Positions 36,164 to 43,829 of a DNA stretch of 49,796 nt are shown here, one piece after another; positions within the stretch are counted from its first letter, which is position 1, and the number at the start of each line of letters is the position of its first letter. A program made the position numbers and the translations under genes. The DNA is from Candidatus Hydrogenedentota bacterium (GTDB taxonomy: Bacteria; Hydrogenedentota; Hydrogenedentia; Hydrogenedentales; SLHB01): contig JADLCA010000463.1 of the NCBI GenBank assembly GCA_020847495.1, positions 1-49,796 of the forward strand, read 5' to 3'. Under the pieces are notes generated by a model. That model was given only the letters and a program-made list of their open reading frames with translations, did not search any database and was not told the DNA's origin.

Positions 36164-37114
36164 CTAACTGTAAGCCACGCATTCTTCGCACGGCGTGCCG
36201 CTCACGTCTTTCCGCAGATGTGCCTCACGCAGCGCCGCGAACTCAAGGCTGTGCCACGCTTCCATGAACGTTTGTTGATTGAGATCACCCATGCGCCACC
36301 GGCCGTCTGCATCGAAGCAGCACGCGGAAAGATAGCCGTCTGCCGTAACGTGCCCTTCGGTAAAGGCGCTCCAGCACGGCAGCGGTTCACGCAACGCGCC
36401 GAGCCGTCCTTGATTGCCGGCAGTCGGCTTATAACCGAGTTCGGCTTCACGTTGCGTAGCGAGCGACCCCATGCTGTAAAGCGGCAACCAGTAGTGTTCG
36501 TCCACGTAGGGGCGCACCCGCTCGCTGAGCAGTGCTTCCATCGCGACCTGCTGCGCGCCGTCGTACTTGATGCTGCTGGCGTAAATACCACACTTGAACT
36601 TGCCGGCCGCACGGACTTCGCGTGCTCGCTTGATGGCGTCCAGTGCGTCCTCATACAACCGCGCCTTGACCCCCATCACATCAACGAATTGCTCCGGGGT
36701 TGCGGCGTTGACGCTGAACTTGAGCGAGTCCAGCCCTGCTGCCATGACTGCTGCCAGCCGGTCCCACGTACACAGGCTCCCATTCGTCGTCAAGAATACG
36801 TATGGGAACCCAATCTTCTTGCACCACGAGATCGCGCGCACCAGCAGGTCCGGCGCCATGAACGATTCGCCGAGGTAGAACACGCCGATCTCCTCGACCC
36901 CGGCATCGCGCATCTGCTGCGTCATGCGCATAAACAGATCGAAGTCCATGTCGCCGGTCGGCTGCTCCTTGCGCGTGCGCAAGGCGCAGAACCCGCAACG
37001 GTAATTGCACCGGCCGGTCAGTTCGATCTTCACCGACTTGGGCGCAGGCGGACGCGCGGAATAACGGTCTGCTGTCACCAGTGTGATTGCATCGATGCGT
37101 TGCGTAATGGTCAT
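36164..37114 (-). CDS. radical SAM enzyme with a SPASM/twitch-like Cys-rich C-terminus
   Basis: Cluster motif CNYRCGFC. GGE-like motif YLGESF. C-terminal cysteines CWSAF...ACCFD...PCEEC. The start at 37114 overlaps the upstream stop. Confidence 0.9.
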   Translation of the reverse strand: MTITQRIDAITLVTADRYSARPPAPKSVKIELTGRCNYRCGFCALRTRKEQPTGDMDFDLFMRMTQQMRDAGVEEIGVFYLGESFMAPDLLVRAISWCKKIGFPYVFLTTNGSLCTWDRLAAVMAAGLDSLKFSVNAATPEQFVDVMGVKARLYEDALDAIKRAREVRAAGKFKCGIYASSIKYDGAQQVAMEALLSERVRPYVDEHYWLPLYSMGSLATQREAELGYKPTAGNQGRLGALREPLPCWSAFTEGHVTADGYLSACCFDADGRWRMGDLNQQTFMEAWHSLEFAALREAHLRKDVSGTPCEECVAYS

Positions 37115-37332
37115 GAGGTTAGCCGTCCGTCCAGTAGCAGGGAAAACGCACATCCGAGTTCTTGGCATGCCGAAAGCAGTTCGGCTCGAACACATGCACC
37201 GCCCCGTCCACGCCGTACGCGCGCGACTCGTACGCCGGAATCGTCTGCCCACACTCGATCGATGCAACGCACAGCCTTCGGGCCAGCGTACAACTTGCGC
37301 AGTTGCTCGGCGATAACGGGGTCCGCGATCAT
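37111..37332 (-). CDS. small ORF (73 aa) bridging the methyltransferase and radical SAM genes; frame uncertain
   Basis: ATGA overlaps at both ends. Codon bias looks coding only in the first half. A different frame looks coding in the second half (see findings). Confidence 0.3.
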   Translation of the reverse strand: MIADPVIAEQLRKLYAGPKAVRCIDRVWADDSGVRVARVRRGRGGACVRAELLSACQELGCAFSLLLDGRLTS

Positions 37333-37988
37333 CTCGGCACCATCACGTAGTCACCGCTCATCTTCTCCACGCAGCGGTAGCCGAACTCCTTCGTCAGCCA
37401 CTCCACCGCACCGAGTTCCGGCAAGCCGAACTGCTGCCCGCGCCCCGGTTTCTGCTCCACGCAGATCACCGGCAGGTCGCGATTGATGATACGCGCCGCG
37501 CCCTTCAACGCAAACAGTTCATACCCCTCGCAGTCCAGCTTAATGAAGTCCACGTCTTGCACCTGCCCGAACGTATCAAGCATACACAGCGGGATGTCGC
37601 CCGCGCCGCCCACGCGGGAGTCACCGGAAGAAGTCGGCGCAGTCACGATGGACACGCGCCCTTCGTGATCACCGAGCGCGCAGGCGTGGAGCGTCAGGTC
37701 GTGACCGGCGCTCATGCCGGCGAGGTTCGCCTGCCAGCACTCGCGGTGCGCGGCGACAGGCTCGAACGCATGGACACAGCGAAACCGCTTGAGCAGTTGC
37801 ATCGTCCATAGCCCGACGTGCGCGCCCACGTCGACCGCGGTGCGGAAGTCCTTGACGTGTGCCAGCGCGGCGCGCAGTTTCTTGATCTGGTAAGTGCCAC
37901 GCCCGTCGACCATTTCGCCATTCTTGGTCATCCACTCGGTCAGATGTGTTTCGCCGTCGGGAAGCCAGATGCCTTGATGCTTAATCAC
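37329..37988 (-). CDS. FkbM-family SAM-dependent methyltransferase
   Basis: GGAGGA RBS, then GTG at 37988, which overlaps the upstream TGA. Motifs are VDVGAHVG, VHAFEP and VDFIKLDCEGYE. Confidence 0.85.
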   Translation of the reverse strand: MIKHQGIWLPDGETHLTEWMTKNGEMVDGRGTYQIKKLRAALAHVKDFRTAVDVGAHVGLWTMQLLKRFRCVHAFEPVAAHRECWQANLAGMSAGHDLTLHACALGDHEGRVSIVTAPTSSGDSRVGGAGDIPLCMLDTFGQVQDVDFIKLDCEGYELFALKGAARIINRDLPVICVEQKPGRGQQFGLPELGAVEWLTKEFGYRCVEKMSGDYVMVPR

Positions 37989-38743
37989 TTGTTCAATTCC
38001 TCCATGATTGCCGAGCGAACTTCTTCTATAGTGATTGCATCCATAGACGCCTTGCACGAAGCGCACGGCATCCGTGATCCGCACACTGCTGTGGTCTTAC
38101 GGATATTGCGTTGGCTTGCGTATCCGGTGTACGCAGGGGCGATGAACTCGGACCAGAGCACGATAGCCCGCGTGCCGAGCGCCGCTGCGGCATGGTGCAG
38201 CGCCCCTTCCGCGCCAACAAAAAGACGCGCACTGGCGAGCACGCCGAATGCTTGGCGCACCGTGGTCGGGACAAAGCGCACGCCTTGCAAACGACGCGTA
38301 TCCGGAACGCCGATCTGCACCCAATGCACGTCCAGCGAGCACACGAGTTCCTGCCAGCGCTCGAACGGCCACGCCTTGTTACCGTCCAGCGCTTTGGTGT
38401 TCGGCTCGATCACGACCGCACCCGCACTGATCACAGCGCCTTGCGCGTGCTCCTCGTGTGTGAGATATAGCTCTCCCGGCTGGATGTTCCATGTTTGCCA
38501 AAACCAGCGCTTATCGGTCTTGGATCGAATATATGGACGCGACCCACCCGCATTGACTAACCGCACCAAGTTTACCATCTCACGTGGGGTGACTTCATGC
38601 GGCTTCGCGATGCGCGGGTTGTTGTCGAACGCGTCGGACCAACGCAGCCGCCCCATGCGGTCGATAACGGCCACCTTCTTCCCGGTGCGCTCATTCAGTT
38701 CCCGCACCTGCGCCGTCGCCATGATCCAGTCACCGAGGCCCAT
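37985..38743 (-). CDS. GT9-family (heptosyltransferase-like) glycosyltransferase
   Basis: GGAGGA RBS, then ATG at 38743 (TAATG overlap). N-terminal GLGDWIMAT. C-terminal LFVGAEGALHHAAAALGTRAIVLW. Confidence 0.7.
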   Translation of the reverse strand: MGLGDWIMATAQVRELNERTGKKVAVIDRMGRLRWSDAFDNNPRIAKPHEVTPREMVNLVRLVNAGGSRPYIRSKTDKRWFWQTWNIQPGELYLTHEEHAQGAVISAGAVVIEPNTKALDGNKAWPFERWQELVCSLDVHWVQIGVPDTRRLQGVRFVPTTVRQAFGVLASARLFVGAEGALHHAAAALGTRAIVLWSEFIAPAYTGYASQRNIRKTTAVCGSRMPCASCKASMDAITIEEVRSAIMEELNK

Positions 38744-39264
38744 TACAGCGTTTCCTCCAACGACAGCATCCCGCGATAGGAGCACTTCGCCGCGTACACG
38801 CCGAACAGCGTTTGCCACCATTCGATCGGGCGGACGGTAACGTGCAGGTTCGTGATGCCGTCTGGAAAAAATTTCTTGGCAGGGCGACAGCAGATCGACG
38901 CCCAGAGGAACAAGCGACTGTGCGTCATCATGTAGATGATCGCATCCTCCAGTTCGTGCTCCGGGATGTGCTCCATTACGTCAGAGCAGACAATGCCGTC
39001 GAACTCCTCGTTCGGGCGCGTGGCCAACGCTGGGATCGCGGGATCGTACAGACGCGGCTTCGGCACCTTCCACCGCTGGTGCAGGAAGTAGGGCGCGTCG
39101 TACGCGACGCCAGCACCGGAACCGTAATCGAGCAATGTCACCGCGCCGCTGCGCTTGATCATACCTTGCACGCTGCGCGCGTGGATCAGCAACGACAGCC
39201 CACGAAAGTTCTCGCCTTCCGCCGTCATCTGCCGATACGCGTTGACCAACTTACCCTCGGGCAT
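38743..39264 (-). CDS. class I SAM-dependent methyltransferase
   Basis: Motif I LLDYGSGAG. DGIVCSDVMEHI. The start is at 39264, with an alternative at 39285. Confidence 0.8.
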   Translation of the reverse strand: MPEGKLVNAYRQMTAEGENFRGLSLLIHARSVQGMIKRSGAVTLLDYGSGAGVAYDAPYFLHQRWKVPKPRLYDPAIPALATRPNEEFDGIVCSDVMEHIPEHELEDAIIYMMTHSRLFLWASICCRPAKKFFPDGITNLHVTVRPIEWWQTLFGVYAAKCSYRGMLSLEETL

Positions 39265-39808
39265 AGTATCCGATCCACTCGTCATAGGTTCCGTGCACTA
39301 CGTCGACTAATGACAGCCCAGCATCACGCATCGCCACGCCGATGTCGTGAGGCACATAGCCGGACCGCTCGTCCCGGATCACTTCACCCGATGCCGGGAG
39401 TCGCACCACGCACAGGCTTTTGGTGACTGCGCCGAAGCGATGTGCGGCTGCGCTCGGGTCCTTGAGCTTGTGCAGGATCGCAAGCAACAGCACGACATCA
39501 AAGCCACCGTACGGCGTGCAATCAGTCGGGTCCCACACATTCGCATCGGCATGGAATAAAGCCAGCGGCAACCGCTCTTGATCACGCAACGTTCGTGCGA
39601 CATCCAGATGCGCAGCCACCCGCTCGACCCCGACCGCTTCGCGTGCGCCCGCGCGCAAGAACTCCATGGCGATCAAACCTTCAGCACACCCAACATCGAG
39701 TACGACGCCACCTTTGGCAGCGACAACAGCAGATTCGAGTCCCACCATCTGCTGCTCCAGTGTGCGGTCGCCCCCGCGCCCCGGCGTGCTGAACCAACCT
39801 TTGCTCAT
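39251..39808 (-). CDS. class I SAM-dependent methyltransferase
   Basis: Motif I VLDVGCAEG. FDVVLLLAILHKL. The ATG at 39808 overlaps the upstream stop. Confidence 0.8.
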   Translation of the reverse strand: MSKGWFSTPGRGGDRTLEQQMVGLESAVVAAKGGVVLDVGCAEGLIAMEFLRAGAREAVGVERVAAHLDVARTLRDQERLPLALFHADANVWDPTDCTPYGGFDVVLLLAILHKLKDPSAAAHRFGAVTKSLCVVRLPASGEVIRDERSGYVPHDIGVAMRDAGLSLVDVVHGTYDEWIGYYARG

Positions 39809-40614
39809 GCCGACTGCTCCTGCTGCTGTTGCAAGTCCGCCCAGCATTGGCCGTAACGCATTTCGTCTAGTGTCCATTGGTTGTCGGCGAGTACATGGAA
39901 CAACTGCTCTCGCGCAGGGTCGGGGGCCAGATGCGGTTCTTCCAAATCATCGAACAACGACGCGCAAGGCGATGCTGCGCAAAGCTGACTACAGAACACC
40001 GGGATACCGTGATGCAGCGCCGTGATCGCCGCAGCCGATGAGTGCGTGATCAAGGCGTGCGCGTCGAGCAAGTCCTGCTCCAGTGTTGCGGCAAGTGCAC
40101 CCTTATCCGGAGACCAATCGCGCAAACAAACCGGAAGCGATGTAACACGGTTCAGCCGTCGGATCGTATCGCGACACCAATCACCAGGGTACTTCACGAT
40201 GTTACGCATGAAGTGATCCGACTGCGGGCAAACGACAATGTGCTCCCCCTGCGCGCGCCACGGCCGAATCGGCGACAGGTTCAGCGTGCGGTAACGTGCA
40301 CCATTTGAAGTTCGATCACGGCGCACGTATTGCAGACCGTTGCTGGTCACACGGAAGTAGTGCTGCCTGGTCGCGTCAAAGTAACTGTTGTCGCAGTAAT
40401 AGAACGGGGCGCCTCCGTGCGCGGCTCGCTTCACGGCCGCATCATACAGGTGCTGGTTCGAGGCGTCGACACCGTAGAAAAACGCGGGAACGCCCGGCGT
40501 CAACCCAGCCAAACCCGCCCCCTTCTGCATGACGACCCCGCCGCAACCCTCGACGAACGCACGGCAAATCTCCAGCGACTTCGCCTTGCCGGCCACCGGA
40601 TAAGCGATCACCAT
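39805..40614 (-). CDS. putative GT-B-like glycosyltransferase, paralogue A
   Basis: GGGAGA RBS, then ATG at 40614. Contains HIVVCPQS..., LEQDLLDAHALITHSSAAAITALHHGIPVF and QWTLDEM. It shares these blocks with the upstream gene. Confidence 0.45.
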   Translation of the reverse strand: MVIAYPVAGKAKSLEICRAFVEGCGGVVMQKGAGLAGLTPGVPAFFYGVDASNQHLYDAAVKRAAHGGAPFYYCDNSYFDATRQHYFRVTSNGLQYVRRDRTSNGARYRTLNLSPIRPWRAQGEHIVVCPQSDHFMRNIVKYPGDWCRDTIRRLNRVTSLPVCLRDWSPDKGALAATLEQDLLDAHALITHSSAAAITALHHGIPVFCSQLCAASPCASLFDDLEEPHLAPDPAREQLFHVLADNQWTLDEMRYGQCWADLQQQQEQSA

Positions 40615-41414
40615 TGGATTCTCCCCGCGCGGGCAGCATCGCGGAACAGCACGAACGGCTCGCCGCTCGCGAGTTCGTCCACGGTCCACTGCGCCCACGC
40701 CATGTCCTCCAATGCCTGCTGTCGCGCGCCGTCGTTGCGGAGCACGGACTGCTCACCGTCGCGCCCCGGCTTCAACCGCGTGGCGGCATGTTCGCAAATC
40801 CAATGCGGCGCGTCGTACACGACCGGAATGCCGCGCAGCAACGCCTTGACCCCGGACGTGGACGACCACACTACACACAATTTCGCATTCGTAAGGTCTT
40901 GCTCCAGCGTCGGTGCTTTAGGGTCGGGCTTGTTGCCGGGGTGCACACGCACGCGGGCCGGTTGCGGACTGCGCTTGGCCGCACCTACGTGCCAGTTGGG
41001 AGGAGACGCCATGCTACGGGAGCCAATCCCTCTCTGCCCGCACACCAGCGCGTGCCCGTCCGGCCGGGACACCCACGGCGCGGGCGTCAGCCCAAGCGCG
41101 GCAAAGCGTTCCGGTCCGCCGCGCGGCCACCATCCGCTGCCATTGTGTCCGTGCGCCGCAAGGGCGTAACGCTGCCGCCCTTGATCATCGCCGCCAATGT
41201 AACCGTTCTCAGCAACGAGAACCGTGCCTCCGTGCGCTTCCCACGCATCGGCCATCTGCTCATTGGCACCATAGCGGTTCCAGATCACGAGAAGATCGTC
41301 CGACTTGCGCGCACCGCCGCGATCTGTGACGGCGTAACCCGCACGTTGCAACCCGGTGACAAAGGCATCACGTCGGTAGTGCGGTTGGTCGCGAATCAGG
41401 CAGATGGCGGTCAT
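40608..41414 (-). CDS. putative GT-B-like glycosyltransferase, paralogue B
   Basis: Contains HALVCGQRG..., LEQDLTNAKLCVVWSSTSGVKALLRGIPVV and QWTVDEL. ATGA overlap with the upstream gene. Confidence 0.45.
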   Translation of the reverse strand: MTAICLIRDQPHYRRDAFVTGLQRAGYAVTDRGGARKSDDLLVIWNRYGANEQMADAWEAHGGTVLVAENGYIGGDDQGRQRYALAAHGHNGSGWWPRGGPERFAALGLTPAPWVSRPDGHALVCGQRGIGSRSMASPPNWHVGAAKRSPQPARVRVHPGNKPDPKAPTLEQDLTNAKLCVVWSSTSGVKALLRGIPVVYDAPHWICEHAATRLKPGRDGEQSVLRNDGARQQALEDMAWAQWTVDELASGEPFVLFRDAARAGRIQW

Positions 41415-42211
41415 GCCGTGCCTCCCAGCGCGGGCGACAGGTCGGCACGCGGAAACACCGCATCAGGGATCGCAGTGCCCGGCGAGCAGTTGACGATGCG
41501 CACGCCTTCGTCGCGCAGGTCCTTGGCGAGCGCTGCAAAATGTTCAATCCAACGCGCGTGAGGCAGACTTGCCTTGAGCGGGGTCGGATGGTCACCGTGC
41601 CAGTGCGTACCCTTGCAGTCATAGCCGAGCAGCACGAAGTCCCGCACGCCTGCATGGAACGCGAGGTTGATCGACTGGAAACCCGACGACATCCCTTGGT
41701 GGATCAACCCCGGCTTGCGCGACAATCCGCGCGCCCCGACACTCGCAATGTGGCCGAGGCCGTACTTCTGCGCGGCCGGCTTGTCTTGCGTAAACAGCAG
41801 CGTGGTCGGCGCAACCGTCGCAATGACTTCCTCGTAATACGTGTCCCACCACTTCGTGTCGCACGCATAGAGCATGTCCGCAAACGGCGCACGACGGAAG
41901 CTAGTATTGATTGCGATCACGCGGTTGTGTGGCGTCTGCCCCCACCATGCCGCAACTTGCACGCACTGATCTTCGGTCAGGCTCGGCCCGCCCGCGATGA
42001 TCACAGCACGGCAACCCGTCCAATTCGGGAACGTCGTGCGCGAGAACGTAAGCGACGGTGCCTGCTCCTGCGCAACCAGCACCGTCTCGGCCGGGCGCGC
42101 GAAGCCCTGTGCGAGCAACTGCGCGCGGTACTCCGGATTGTATTCGTAGAACGACTGCCCCGGTGCGATCTGAATCGAACCGGGGATGTTCTTCAACGCG
42201 ACCAGCAACAT
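41411..42211 (-). CDS. DUF115 / MptE-like (Maf-type glycosyltransferase-like) protein
   Basis: GGAGGAGCC RBS, then ATG at 42211. Contains AVIIAGGPSL...RVIAINTSF...ADMLYACD...GFQSINLAFHAGVRDFVLLGYD. Confidence 0.45.
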   Translation of the reverse strand: MLLVALKNIPGSIQIAPGQSFYEYNPEYRAQLLAQGFARPAETVLVAQEQAPSLTFSRTTFPNWTGCRAVIIAGGPSLTEDQCVQVAAWWGQTPHNRVIAINTSFRRAPFADMLYACDTKWWDTYYEEVIATVAPTTLLFTQDKPAAQKYGLGHIASVGARGLSRKPGLIHQGMSSGFQSINLAFHAGVRDFVLLGYDCKGTHWHGDHPTPLKASLPHARWIEHFAALAKDLRDEGVRIVNCSPGTAIPDAVFPRADLSPALGGTA

Positions 42212-42237
42212 GGCTCCTCCCAGAGCTGTGAATGCGT

Positions 42238-43449
42238 CTACTTCAACGACACGCGCGGCGGCTCGCGCTTCTCCTGTGATGCGTCGCGCCCATCGCGCCC
42301 ATGCTTGACCGAGAGTCGCCATGCGTCCGACGTCCCCGGCTTGTCCTGCGTATTGTCTTGCGCAATCCACATCGAACCGCCGGAACTGACCACGTCACCT
42401 TGCGCGTATGCCGTACCGTCCTTCCAGACACCTTGATCGAGCAGTGCTGGGACCACAAGCGGGACGGCCTTCGTTTCGTTCGTAAGCGCAAGCGCCAACT
42501 GGAACGTACGAGCATCGATTTGCGCCACATCGATTCCAGCGACGCCAGCAACGACGCATTCCCAGCCAGAGTCGACCATACCCGCACGCTGCTCCTCGAA
42601 CGTCGGCAACGGCTCCATCGGATCGGTCGTGCGCGCAGCGCGCCACAACCCGCCGCCGAAACGCAGCCACGTGCCCTTCGGGTACACGCGCCCGACCTGC
42701 GCCGAATCATGCACAACGAGGTCGAGCGCATCCTTTCCGTCCATGCCATCACGACCAGCAGGACCCGGCTTGCCGTCGCGGCCGTCGCGGCCGTCACGGC
42801 CATCTGTGCCGTTGTTGCCGTCCTTGCCATCGACGCCATCGCGGCCGTCCTTGCCGTCGACACCGTCCTTGCCGTCGACACCGTCCTTGCCATGCACCGG
42901 CTCTGGCACCATGATTTCGATGCGCTTGACCTCTTCCTCAACCTGTGCTGCGAGCAACGAATGGAAACGACCGCCGCCCAGCATTGCGTCAAGCTCAAGC
43001 GCGATCAAGGACCGCGCCTCCTCGGTCGGGAGGAACCCGCCTTGCTCGCCCTTTTCGCCACGTTCACCTTGCGCGCCGGGAGCACCGTCCATGCCGCGCT
43101 CGCCTTGCGGGCCGGGAGCACCGTCCATGCCGCGTTCACCCTTCTCGCCGCGCTCGCCGATATCTCCCTTCTCGCCTTGCGGGCCGGGGGCGCCATCCAC
43201 GCCGCGCTCGCCTTGCGGGCCGGGTTCGCGCGCCAGCGCGATCAACCGAGTGTCGACATCAATAGTGCGCGCGGCTGCGGCATCCAGAAGCGTTGACAAC
43301 CCCTGCATTTGCGATTGCAACGCCAACAGATCCTTGGTAAACTGTGCAGCTAACGCTTCCAGTTGATCGTGTGCGCGCTGCTCCGCCGCTTTGACCTGCG
43401 CAAAGATCATTTGCGCAAGCTCCTCGACAACTTGATCCAGCTTGTTCAT
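42238..43449 (-). CDS. collagen-like protein with an N-terminal coiled coil and a C-terminal beta-rich (possibly carbohydrate-binding) domain
   Basis: Two uninterrupted GXY blocks of 20 and 18 triplets. C-terminal region is ...WKDGTAYAQGDVVSSGGSMWIAQDNT.... AAGGAAG RBS. Confidence 0.85.
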   Translation of the reverse strand: MNKLDQVVEELAQMIFAQVKAAEQRAHDQLEALAAQFTKDLLALQSQMQGLSTLLDAAAARTIDVDTRLIALAREPGPQGERGVDGAPGPQGEKGDIGERGEKGERGMDGAPGPQGERGMDGAPGAQGERGEKGEQGGFLPTEEARSLIALELDAMLGGGRFHSLLAAQVEEEVKRIEIMVPEPVHGKDGVDGKDGVDGKDGRDGVDGKDGNNGTDGRDGRDGRDGKPGPAGRDGMDGKDALDLVVHDSAQVGRVYPKGTWLRFGGGLWRAARTTDPMEPLPTFEEQRAGMVDSGWECVVAGVAGIDVAQIDARTFQLALALTNETKAVPLVVPALLDQGVWKDGTAYAQGDVVSSGGSMWIAQDNTQDKPGTSDAWRLSVKHGRDGRDASQEKREPPRVSLK

Positions 43450-43461
43450 CGCGCGGCTTCC

Positions 43462-43829
43462 TTATGACAACAGTCCCGCCGCAAGCATGCCAGCGGCGCA
43501 CATCAATAGAAACTCGTCCTCGTCCAAAAGTTGCACGAACGTCGGCAGCACGATGCGGTACTGTGGCTGTGCGAAAGCGTTGAGCGGAGGCTCGACCGTA
43601 AGCGTAATAGACGGCCCCCACCAGTCGCTGCCGTATTGCGCCGCTCCGAACCACGGCGAACACCACCACTGCTGCGGCCCGCCGGACCCTGCGGGCCAAC
43701 GTCTCCCTTCTCCCCCACGAGTCCACGCGGACCCGGAGGTCCGAGGTCGCCACGCGGACCCTGCGGGCCACGCGGACCAGGATCGCCGTCTTTCCCATCG
43801 AGACCATCGCGTCCGTCACGCCCGGACAT
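43462..43829 (-). CDS. small collagen-like protein, apparently requiring a -1 frameshift near 43674-43680 (or a pseudogene or sequencing error)
   Basis: Frame A from the ATG at 43829 encodes 16 perfect GXY triplets. Coding-like sequence then continues only in the -1 frame ([35 protein letters not shown]...AAGLLS). That frame stops at 43462-43464, just before the RBS of the next gene. Confidence 0.5.

Noticed and set aside
36152-37486. 444-aa plus-strand ORF opposite the radical SAM and FkbM genes. Similar antisense ORFs lie at 37818..38840, 40330..41561, 41540..42436 and 42301..43366.
   Set aside because: All are antisense to genes with recognisable catalytic motifs and coupled start/stop overlaps. 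Their composition is Arg/Pro/Ser-biased.
37985-38821. N-terminal extensions offered by the ORF track for many minus-strand genes. Examples are 38821 for GT9, 38084 for FkbM, 37267 for radical SAM, 40698, 42370, 20341, 19127, 21259 and 34435.
   Set aside because: In each case an internal start sits right at or overlapping the upstream stop codon, with a Shine-Dalgarno sequence. The extension is Arg/Cys-rich and overlaps the preceding gene, so the shorter models were adopted.
43259-43819. 186-aa minus-strand ORF overlapping the small collagen-like gene and the start of the large one.
   Set aside because: It is the third reading frame of the region. It reads through the RBS and start of gene 42238..43449 and has an Arg/Val-rich junk composition. 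The frame A plus -1 frame combination explains the coding signal better.
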